Virus record (IMG/VR): IMGVR_UViG_3300045919_000631
Coordinates: 32,001-96,000 of that record
Direction: 5' to 3' (one strand)
DNA: 64,000 nucleotides
From: a virus
This document shows, one piece after another, positions 1 through 9,400 of this stretch. Made by a program: the position numbers and the translations under genes. Positions within the stretch are counted from its first letter, which is position 1. Every line of letters starts with the position of its first letter. Below the pieces are notes generated by a model that was given only the letters and a program-made list of their open reading frames with translations, was not told the DNA's origin and made no database searches.

Positions 1-516
1 GCCTTTCAAGGTGCCTGCCTTTGTGAGGTGCATCACAAAGATAACAACACATTCATGATCTTTTGCGTGCTTAACTAAGCTATTAATTGCAAATGTCTCA
101 TGCTCTCTTGTGTTCATATCTTCATCCTTTTCAAGAGCTTGGAATGAATCAATTACAAGCACATCATTATCCTCAATAGCTTTCAACAATTTATCAACGT
201 CGGTCTCATTTGCGATGCGCACGTTTTGCACATTAAGACGCTTGCAATTATATGCAAGTTGGTGCAAACTTTCTTCACCAGATGCATGAGCAACGGTGTA
301 ACCAGCTTTGCTAAGCGATTCAAGTAATTGAAGCAAAAACGTGGTTTTGCCTAAGCCAGCGCGAGCCGTAATAGTGATACTTGACCCCGGAAGCAATCCC
401 TCGCCAAAGATTCTATCCAGCTCTTCAACGTTAGATTTAATACGACGATAAAATACATCAGGTATTTGTACATCAGAAGCTTTTACAAATTCTGTTCGTT
501 CAAGTCCAAGGTTCAT
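1..516 (-). CDS. RadA/Sms-like RecA-family ATPase (partial, runs off left edge)
   Basis: Not in ORF track; my translation from ATG 516: MNLGLERTEF...ELDRIFGEGLLPGSSITITARAGLGKTTFLLQ (Walker A)...SGEES...VLVIDSFQ (Walker B)...VMHLTKAGTLKG, matching the RadA ATPase core; ATGA overlap with stop of 513..944. Confidence 0.8.
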   Translation of the reverse strand, partial: MNLGLERTEFVKASDVQIPDVFYRRIKSNVEELDRIFGEGLLPGSSITITARAGLGKTTFLLQLLESLSKAGYTVAHASGEESLHQLAYNCKRLNVQNVRIANETDVDKLLKAIEDNDVLVIDSFQALEKDEDMNTREHETFAINSLVKHAKDHECVVIFVMHLTKAGTLKG

Positions 517-944
517 GCAGTAATTTGAATATACTCCTCGCTAATTTTCTTATTAAAATGTCTCATAAAACAGTCTTCAATATATGAGAGTTCCCGTTTA
601 TGTTTGATGCATGCTTCTGTGTCTGCCTCATCAATAGTTTCTGTTATCAATGATTTATAGCATAGAGCAAGCCAGGTGCTGTATGCATTTAATTTATATT
701 GACTATGCTCTTCTTCAGAGATGCCAGCGTCTTGGCGTTTTTGTTTTTCGGCACCTTTTTTTGCAAAGGTTTGAAGAAACAATTGGAATTTATTTTTGTA
801 CTTTTTCTTCACAAGTTTTTGCAGAAACTTATGATAAATTGGTACTATCTCACCGGTAAGAGTGCATTTAGCTTGATAAGAGGAAGGGACTTCCACCGCA
901 CCGTCTGCGAAAAAATACTTGAAATTTTTCTTTTGTCTGGCCAT
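513..944 (-). CDS. hypothetical protein
   Basis: 143-aa ORF, stop overlaps RadA-like start. Confidence 0.7.
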   Translation of the reverse strand: MARQKKNFKYFFADGAVEVPSSYQAKCTLTGEIVPIYHKFLQKLVKKKYKNKFQLFLQTFAKKGAEKQKRQDAGISEEEHSQYKLNAYSTWLALCYKSLITETIDEADTEACIKHKRELSYIEDCFMRHFNKKISEEYIQITA

Positions 945-959
945 AGATTAAATAATTCA

Positions 960-1226
960 GTGAATGAGTTAATTAAGTTAATTAATATTCTTAAAGAGTA
1001 CTCTAAAAAAGTGTACCCTGATTATGATAGAGGAACGGTGCTAACACACTTTCCGAAAAAGTTTTACCAAGATTTGTTATCAAATATTGAAAAACTTAAT
1101 ACTGATATTGTCTACAAAACAGAAATAAATCAAAAAGAATATCTTGTTGTGTTAGCACCGAGTTATGATGATACTCATAATTTTTTTGCTTCTCTATCCT
1201 CTAGCGCAATTGATGACGAGGATTAA
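960..1226 (+). CDS. hypothetical protein (likely GTG start at 960 within ORF 699..1226)
   Basis: TAAATA at 949-954 lies 5 nt before GTG 960; upstream part of the long ORF overlaps 513..944 antisense. Confidence 0.6.
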   Translation: MNELIKLINILKEYSKKVYPDYDRGTVLTHFPKKFYQDLLSNIEKLNTDIVYKTEINQKEYLVVLAPSYDDTHNFFASLSSSAIDDED

Positions 1227-1447
1227 TACGCAGCAAACCATTGCTCACGCTGAGTATCAATCCATCTATCACTAAGCTCAGCAGCTCCCATAACAGAGCC
1301 GGTATCCTCGCTTACTAGGATGCCTGGTCCATATTTTGGATTAGGTTTGAAGGTCCAGTAGACCCCCATTCCAAAAACACGACCAGGTCGGTCAATACGT
1401 AGAATGCCTGTTTTAAGGCAATGAATTAAATAATCAGCAATGCTCAT
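1223..1447 (-). CDS. hypothetical protein
   Basis: 74-aa ORF; TATAAT on minus strand at 1455-1460 just upstream. Confidence 0.6.
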   Translation of the reverse strand: MSIADYLIHCLKTGILRIDRPGRVFGMGVYWTFKPNPKYGPGILVSEDTGSVMGAAELSDRWIDTQREQWFAAY

Positions 1448-1510
1448 GACCTATATTATATTACAGTTCCGTGGAGGTCCACTTTAATGAATCAATAAAT
1501 AATAACACAT

Positions 1511-4500
1511 ATGAGTTTCGTCAAAATCTCTGAACTACCACAAAATTCTGTATTGTCCCAGGACGATTTACTCGCAATGGTGCATAGCACAGCTGGTACA
1601 CTTGTTACATATAAAGTAGGTTTATCAGATTTAGATTCTCGGTATGTTCAGCTCTTTGTACCCCTTTCTGGTGGTATAATGAATAGCAGTTTAAATGTTC
1701 TTGGCTCAATCAGTGCTCGCGATAATTTATTTGCAGCTGGTATGCTTGTTGGCAGCTTATCAACAACGACATTTAACGTTTTTAGTTTAACAGCAAGCAA
1801 TTTATCAGCCAATAATGTTTTTATTGGTGTGCTTTCTGGATCAAATGCAGGATTTATTAATTTATCAGCGTTTTCATTGAACGTTTTCTCTCTTTCAGCG
1901 ATCAATGAACGTGTTAATAGCTTAACAGCAAATTACATAAACACAACGAGCTTAACTGCTTATAATTTATCTGCGACAAATATTAGAGGAGCTAGTGGTG
2001 TATTTGATACAGCAACAATTACTTCAATATCAGCGGCTTCATTAGTTGTTGTAAATGCTACAGTTGGAACCCTCTCAGCAACGAACATTACTTCTAGTGG
2101 TGGCAATTTTTCAACAACAAACGCAAATGTTATTGACTTATCAGCATATCATTTATCAGCTAATCAAATTGTAAATTCTCAGATTTGGACTGATCCAGTA
2201 GCAAATACAGTCGGTATCAATACTAAAGCCCCAAATAATGCACTGACAGTTATTGGTACTATTAGCGCGGTCGGTGCTGTTACATATACAGCACCGCGAC
2301 CAAATCTAGTTTATGTAGCAACTTGGGGTGATGATACTAACGTTGGTACAAATCCTTCAGCCCCATTTAAGACAATTAAAAAGGCTTGTCAATTTGTATC
2401 ACAAAACCAGGGTATGACATATCCAGTCACTCAAACAGCTGGTCAGCCAGTGACTCAATATACAATTTTCGTAATGACAGGCACCTATACGGAACAGAAT
2501 CCGATTTATGTGCCGCAATCAACTTCAATCATCGGTGATGGTTTAAGACGTGTAACTATTATCCCAGCAAATCTTTATTACGATGTTCTTTGGGTTAATA
2601 ACGCCTGCTATGTTTGGGGCATTACTTTTAGAAGTCATTTAGAGCCATCAGCTGCAATAGCGTTTCCAAATCTTGACTCAACAAAGCCACAATTTCAAAT
2701 TGCGTTTAATACTTCTGGATATGCAATTTCAGCTGTGGGAACGAATGATTATTATCGCACATACAAACCACTAATCACAACAAGCCCATATCCACAAGGT
2801 TGCTCTTCAATTACGCAATCAGTTAGTGCTCCAAATCAGTTTACAGTTGCGCAAACAATTTCAGGGCGACCATCATTCTTTAATACAGCATCATCTCGCG
2901 TTGCAACTGAATTCACAACATTTATTAATGTTGTGCTCGGTGGTCAAACAGCAGTGCCTGCAACGTTCCCGACATACCCAGCAAATATTCCAGTTACAGC
3001 AGGAACAGCAATTACAATTTTAACAGCAAATAGATCAGCTATTCAAGCTTATTCATCTGCATATTGGACAGCAAATTACCCAGGTGTTCTTACAACACCA
3101 CAATTAACAGCATCGACAAGAGATATGGGTGCGTTTGTTGACACAATTGTTGCTGATCTAAAAACAGGATCAAATCACAGAGCTGTTGAATTTGGTGATA
3201 TCTTTTATGTTGGCACAATTAATCAAAGCGGTTCTGGTAATAATATTCCATTACCCGCTGGTGTAGTTGGTCCATGTAATGGAGTGTTTGGAGCTACATA
3301 CAATTACATTAATGCAGGATCCGGTTTAAATCTTTCTGCATATGCGGATTCAACAACATTTATTTTATCTGAGTTTAAAGCCCTCACAGGTATTTTAACA
3401 AATGGACAAAATTCAGTTGTTCTTTTCCCAACACTAACTCCAACAACTGATGAATTAGCTGCAGCAAATCTTCTCAGCGCAAATCGTTCATTCTTTCAAG
3501 CTGAGTTAACAGCATATGTTGATAATAACTTCCCTGGATTCAATTATACTAAGTCAACTGCTGCAACAATTTCAGCTGCAAAAGCACGTGCTTATCGTGA
3601 TGCAGGTTGGATTGTAGATGCTATTGCTTATGATTTACAAAAAGGTACAAATTCACGCGCTGTAACATATGCAAATTCATATTACTATCCAGGATATAGC
3701 CGTATTGCTGGTCAGGAAATTGCCACAGCAAAAACGCTCGGATATTTGAGTTATCTAGCTTCTTATGTTATCAATAATAGCGCTGCTCAAACAACGTATG
3801 GTGGATGCGGTCTTCGAATTGATGGAAGTCTTTGTCGCGGTCCTCTCAGAAGCTTTGTAACCGACTCCTTTACGCAAGTAAATGAAGGTGGATTGGGAAT
3901 GCATATACTCAATAACGGATATGCTCAACTTGTATCTACATTTACTGTTGGTTGCCGTATTGGATTGCTTGCAGAGTCTGGTGGTCAGATGACAGTCAAT
4001 ACTTCAAATTGTACATTTGGTCTTTCTGGACTTGTTGCAAACGGATATTCATCAACGCCAGTATTGTCAGGTATTTTAAGTGCAGACGCTGCTTATAATT
4101 CAATTTATATCACAGTGAGTGGTGTCTTACCGAGATATGATGCTCCAGATTATTTGACATATCCAATGCCTGTAACGGTTCCATATGTTGGTCTTGTTAT
4201 GACAGTGGATGGAGATACTTCAAACACGCTCTATATTGTGGCTTCGGCATCACTTGTTGATGCAGCAAGATATTCATACAATTTGACATTTAATCAAAAT
4301 GTTCAAGCACCTCTTAAATCATTAAGTGCTGTCAAGTTTTACGTTCGAAGTGAAATTGCAACAAATTCACACGCCTTTGAATATGTCGGGTCGGGTACGC
4401 AACTCAGTCAGTTATCTCAAGCAATTCCAGCACTTGGTGGTGTAGCAAACCCTGACAATGAAGCCATTGCTTTAAGCGGTGGTGCAGTGTTCTTCACAAG

Positions 4501-4633
4501 CACAAACACTCAAGGTAACTTCAAAGTTGGTAACAATTTTACAATTCTTCAAGACACTGGCACAATTCAAGGAACCACATTCCAGAGATCTATCTTGGCA
4601 CTGGTTACGCCTTTAACTTTAGCGCTTGAATAA
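1511..4633 (+). CDS. virion structural/tailspike-like protein with pectin-lyase-like beta-helix region
   Basis: VYVATWGDDTNVGTNPSAPFKTIKKA and GTYTEQNPI..IIGDGLRRV beta-helix start motifs; two RDxGxxVDxIxxDL helical repeats typical of T4-like aquatic phage structural proteins; TAAATA at 1496-1501. Confidence 0.7.
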   Translation: MSFVKISELPQNSVLSQDDLLAMVHSTAGTLVTYKVGLSDLDSRYVQLFVPLSGGIMNSSLNVLGSISARDNLFAAGMLVGSLSTTTFNVFSLTASNLSANNVFIGVLSGSNAGFINLSAFSLNVFSLSAINERVNSLTANYINTTSLTAYNLSATNIRGASGVFDTATITSISAASLVVVNATVGTLSATNITSSGGNFSTTNANVIDLSAYHLSANQIVNSQIWTDPVANTVGINTKAPNNALTVIGTISAVGAVTYTAPRPNLVYVATWGDDTNVGTNPSAPFKTIKKACQFVSQNQGMTYPVTQTAGQPVTQYTIFVMTGTYTEQNPIYVPQSTSIIGDGLRRVTIIPANLYYDVLWVNNACYVWGITFRSHLEPSAAIAFPNLDSTKPQFQIAFNTSGYAISAVGTNDYYRTYKPLITTSPYPQGCSSITQSVSAPNQFTVAQTISGRPSFFNTASSRVATEFTTFINVVLGGQTAVPATFPTYPANIPVTAGTAITILTANRSAIQAYSSAYWTANYPGVLTTPQLTASTRDMGAFVDTIVADLKTGSNHRAVEFGDIFYVGTINQSGSGNNIPLPAGVVGPCNGVFGATYNYINAGSGLNLSAYADSTTFILSEFKALTGILTNGQNSVVLFPTLTPTTDELAAANLLSANRSFFQAELTAYVDNNFPGFNYTKSTAATISAAKARAYRDAGWIVDAIAYDLQKGTNSRAVTYANSYYYPGYSRIAGQEIATAKTLGYLSYLASYVINNSAAQTTYGGCGLRIDGSLCRGPLRSFVTDSFTQVNEGGLGMHILNNGYAQLVSTFTVGCRIGLLAESGGQMTVNTSNCTFGLSGLVANGYSSTPVLSGILSADAAYNSIYITVSGVLPRYDAPDYLTYPMPVTVPYVGLVMTVDGDTSNTLYIVASASLVDAARYSYNLTFNQNVQAPLKSLSAVKFYVRSEIATNSHAFEYVGSGTQLSQLSQAIPALGGVANPDNEAIALSGGAVFFTSTNTQGNFKVGNNFTILQDTGTIQGTTFQRSILALVTPLTLALE

Positions 4634-4641
4634 ATAATTTT

Positions 4642-5004
4642 ATGGCAACAACAGTAGCATTAAATCACTTCGTTAGAGCATCAGTTTTATTAACAACGAC
4701 ACTGACGCAAGTGTATTCCGCACCTGCAAATCAAGCATCGATTGTTTTAACAGCGCTAGCTACTAACACGACATCAAGCCCGCAGACAATTACCTTAGGT
4801 GTCTCCGGTAATGGTGGAACAAATCAAGCAACCCTTCCTTACTTTGATATTGTAAAGAATTTTCAAATTCCAGCAAATGACACAGCGAATTTAGCAATTG
4901 GTAAAATTGTATTGAATAACTACGATGCTCTTTATGCAAGTGCTCAAACTTTATCAGCTATCAATGTAACTCTTTCAGTGCTTGAGACTTTAAATACACA
5001 ATAA
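4642..5004 (+). CDS. small virion beta-sandwich protein (fibre-associated)
   Basis: 120 aa, TQVYSAPANQASIVLTALATN pattern common next to phage fibre genes; TAAATA at 4631-4636. Confidence 0.6.
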   Translation: MATTVALNHFVRASVLLTTTLTQVYSAPANQASIVLTALATNTTSSPQTITLGVSGNGGTNQATLPYFDIVKNFQIPANDTANLAIGKIVLNNYDALYASAQTLSAINVTLSVLETLNTQ

Positions 5005-5005
5005 T

Positions 5006-6418
5006 ATGTCAAACTCGTTTCCGCAAACAATTGGTGGTAAACTATTGGTCAACTCTCCGCTTAGTGCATCGAGTGATCGCTATACCTTTTTAAGTTTACC
5101 AAACGCTGAGCCAAATCTTGGCGCTCCACGTGGTTTGTCTGGAACGTGCTATTTTAATGTCACTGAACCAGTTTCAGGCACAAGAGTTTGGTCTTCAAGC
5201 GCGAGCATAACTCAATTCGGAAATAATATTGGTATTGGTTTGGATTTGCCAAGAGAAAAATTAACAGTTGTTGGCAATATTTCAGCAACAGGCACAATTT
5301 ACGGAACATTAAACGGTGCAAACTCTGCAGCAGCAGGCAATGATACATACGTTCAATATAATAGCGGTGGACGTTTTGGTGCAGATTCTGCATTTACATG
5401 GAATAGAACATATTCAGGCCTGATTATTGGTGGGTTTACTAATCAGTTATCTGCAAACAACGGTCAAATAATTGGCGCTGGTGGTAATTACGTTCAAGCA
5501 GCTCACACAAATTCAATTATTCTCGGAACCAACATCACAACAAATGCTGCTAATTATACATTTGTTAATAATCTTAGCACTCCAGGGAGCATCGTTGGTA
5601 ACAATATTTTTGCTACAAATGCTATTGGTGTTGGAACACTTACACCGAATCAACAGCTAACAGTTGTTGGTAATATTTCAGCAACAGGTAATTTATATGG
5701 AACTCTTCAATTGCCTCAAACTGCATTGCTTGCAGCTGGTTTTGATACATATGTTCAGTATAATAGCAGTGGCAATTTAGCTGGTAATTCAACATTTACA
5801 TACAATTATAATTTAACTGGGTTAAAAGTTGGTATTACTCACATACTCACAGGCACAAGATCGTCAATCTTGGGTGGTCAAAGCAACTGCGTGTCAAGTA
5901 ATTTTGGAATTGTTGGTGGTGGTAATAACAACAATGTATCTTCTGACTACGCTTCTATTCTCGGCGGACGTTGTAATTCATCGCAAGGCACTCATGCAGT
6001 TGTTGGTGGTGGTAATTGCAATAGCGTTATTGCATCTGGTTATGCAAGTAGCATTGTCGGTGGTGAGTTAAATACAGTCACGAGCGATTATGGCGCTGTT
6101 TTAGGCGGTAGAAGTAACACCTTATCACATAATGATGCTTTTATTCTCGGTTCAAACTTGGCATCAAATGCAGTTTGCACAACATTTGTTAACAATCTTA
6201 GTACTCCAGGAACATTATACGGCAATTTAATGCAAGCATCGTCAGCGACAGTTACTGGTAATCTTAGCGCCAAAGGCAATATTCAAGGTAATATTGTTGC
6301 TAACACCTTAACATTAAATTCTGCATCATTCTTTCCGACATTAACAGCAACCAACTCTTATATAACAATAACTGTTGGAACATCATCACTAGCTCTGCCG
6401 CTTTACAGATATACTTGA
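5006..6418 (+). CDS. tail fibre-like trimeric beta-roll protein
   Basis: IGIG..P..KLTVVGNISA and VQYNxxG modules followed by SILGGxxN repeats (YadA/Hep-Hag-like). Confidence 0.7.
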   Translation: MSNSFPQTIGGKLLVNSPLSASSDRYTFLSLPNAEPNLGAPRGLSGTCYFNVTEPVSGTRVWSSSASITQFGNNIGIGLDLPREKLTVVGNISATGTIYGTLNGANSAAAGNDTYVQYNSGGRFGADSAFTWNRTYSGLIIGGFTNQLSANNGQIIGAGGNYVQAAHTNSIILGTNITTNAANYTFVNNLSTPGSIVGNNIFATNAIGVGTLTPNQQLTVVGNISATGNLYGTLQLPQTALLAAGFDTYVQYNSSGNLAGNSTFTYNYNLTGLKVGITHILTGTRSSILGGQSNCVSSNFGIVGGGNNNNVSSDYASILGGRCNSSQGTHAVVGGGNCNSVIASGYASSIVGGELNTVTSDYGAVLGGRSNTLSHNDAFILGSNLASNAVCTTFVNNLSTPGTLYGNLMQASSATVTGNLSAKGNIQGNIVANTLTLNSASFFPTLTATNSYITITVGTSSLALPLYRYT

Positions 6419-6462
6419 TGACTATTTGGGCTTCACATAGTCTATAAATTAAATAATTAGAC

Positions 6463-9400
6463 ATGAGCCAGAACGTTAATTACCGCGACACTAATTTTAC
6501 TAGTTTAGTGAGTTTGGGTATCGGAACTGATAATCCTAACCATGCGCTAACTGTTGTCGGCAATATCTCTTCAACTGGTAATATCTATGGTAACTTTGTT
6601 GCTGCGTCCGGTGCAGGAAGCGCTGGCGGAGTTAATTCTCAAGTTCAGTTCAATAATTCAGGCTTACTTGCAGGCGATAGCGGCTTAACCTACACAAATT
6701 CAACAAGCACTCTAACAGTTTCTAATGAGTATGTTAAAACAGCACTTGCAATTGGTATATTAAGCGGAGCTAGTGCATTAACAGTTGTTGGTAATATCTC
6801 AGCCTCTGGCATCATTTACGGTAATATTCCATTACTAAGTGCTCTTGCATCTGCTTTTGGACCAAATACGCAAGTTCAATATGCTAGTGCAGGATTGCTT
6901 GCGAGCGTTCCAACATTTACGTACAACCCCGTAAATAGCAGCGTAAATGTTCCAAACGTTTATACAAGCAATATTATTTTAAGCTCTTTAGCTGTTGGAG
7001 CTTTAAGTGGCTCAGAAGTTGCTACTATTGTTGGTAATTTGTCAGTGACTGGTACAATCTACGGCAACTTAAGCACAAATCAATTTTTGTTATCTGCAGC
7101 AGGTCCAACAAATTCAGTTCAGTTCAATTTAAACGGTAAACTCTCTGCAGACGCTGGCTTGACCTATACGCAGGCAACGAGCACATTATTTGCTCGCAAT
7201 ACTAACATAACACTCTTAACTGCAACATCGAGTGTTTTCACAAGCAAAGTTGGTATTAATACTATTACACCAAATGAAATGCTCACCGTTGTTGGTAATA
7301 TCTCAGCAACAGGAAGCATTTACGGCTCAGTAACAATTCCACCAGTCACTGCAACAGGTGTTGCTGCAGGTATAAACACACAAGTTCAATATAATCGCAG
7401 TGGTATTTTAAGTGCAAATGCTGGGTTTGCTTATTTTGATAATTTAAGCAGTGTTGTAGTCGGTTCAGGCAATTCATTAAGTGGCCTCAGCGCATTTAAC
7501 AGCGCGATTCTTGGCGCGAATAACATAGTATCGCATCCAAATGTTTTCACTCTTGGTTCTAATTTAACATCATTTGCGGCAAATTATACTTTAGTAAATA
7601 ACTTAAGCACAAATGGTCAAGTTGCAGCAAATACAGTTGTTGCAAATACTTTATCAGCAGCTGGGTCTATTTTTGGAACATTTCCTCAATTATCTGCAGC
7701 CGGTGCAGCAGCAGGCGCTGCAACTTGGGTTCAATATAATACAGGCGGTGCACTCGGGGCTGATGCAGGTTTTATTTATCTTCGCACTATAAGCGGCGTT
7801 CAAATAGGTGCAAATAATGTGGTGAGTGGCCTTTATAGTGGTGCTCTTGGTCAAAACAATACAGTATCGCATAATAATGCTTTTGCTTTTGGCACTAATT
7901 TAGTATCTAACACAGCTAATTTCACTTACGTCAATAATCTTAGTACCCCTGGTCAAGTACGTGCAAGTTGTGTAACTGTTGTGGGTGATATTTCTGCAAC
8001 AGGTACTGTATATGGCACTGTAGTATTGCCAGCACTAACATCAACAGCTTTTGCAGCTGGTTCAGCTACAAATATTCAGTTTGCAAAGAATAGTCTTCTC
8101 GCAGGTGATAACGCATTTGTTTATTTGCAGAGTCTCACAGCTTTACAAGTTGGTTCAAATCAAGCAATTAGTGGTCCATTTAGCAGTCTTGTTGGTGGAT
8201 TGAGTAATACGATTACGGCTAGTGCATCATTTATTGCTGGTGGCGTCAACAATAGAGTTGATGGCATTAATTCAGTTATCAATGGCGGTACATATAATCG
8301 TTCTTGGAGTGCAAATTCATTTATTGGAGCCGGTACGAATAATACAGTTGTAAATGATTTAGCAGTTGCTCTCGGTGGCAATAATAATATCGTGAGCGGT
8401 AGTGGATCTGCTAACGTAGGTGGTATTGTAAATGTTGTAAATGGATGTTACTCGGCAAATATTGGTGGTGCTCTCAATAATGTTCAAGGTACGTGCGCAG
8501 CTTCAGTTGGTGGTGCCTTTAATCAACCGGCAGGAACGTTTTCAGGCACTGTCGGTGGATGCAATAATATTGCTTGCTGTGCTGGTAGCTCAGTTGTTGG
8601 TGGCTTTTCAAATCTAGCATGTGGAAATTGTTCAACAATTGCTGGAGGCGTTTGCAATACGACAAAAGGTCCATATGCAGCTATAATTGGAGGTTGTTGC
8701 TTAACAGAAACGGGCATTGCATCAGTTCTTGTTGGTGGCCTCACTAATACAATTACTGGATCTGGTTCAGTTATTGCAGGTGGTTTAAACAATACTGCAA
8801 CAGCTAATTATTCTTTAATTGGTGCTGGTTATAATAATGCAATCAACAATACAGTTTCTGGTAGCGTTATTCTCGGTGGTTCAAATAATACTATTACCCA
8901 CAATGATGCAATTGTTCTCGGCACCGGTCTCTCGTCAGTTTCAGCAAATTACGTTGTTGTAAGTAACTTAAGTGCTAAATTTAACATTTATGCAAGCAAT
9001 TTACCGACAGCACCTACTGGCGAATCACAGGCTATATATGTTAGTGCAGGCAATTTTGCAACCAATCAAGGATTTCAATATCTTCCGCAGTTAAGTGCTC
9101 TCGTCGTTGGTAAAGGCAATTCCACAGTTGGGTTGTATGGTACAGTTGCTGGTGGTTATTGCAATATTTTAAGCGGTGATTGCAGCTTTATTGGTGGTGG
9201 TAATAATAATACCACTGGATACGGTACTAATATAGTAATTGCTGGTGGTGGATTTAATACATCATTCGCTTCTTATGCAGCAATGGGTGGTGGTTTTTGT
9301 AATATTAATAATACCACCTATGGGTTTGTTGGTGGTGGCCGCTGCAATAATAATACAGCTGATGCAGGTGTTTTAGTCGGTGGTTGTAGTAATATTAATA

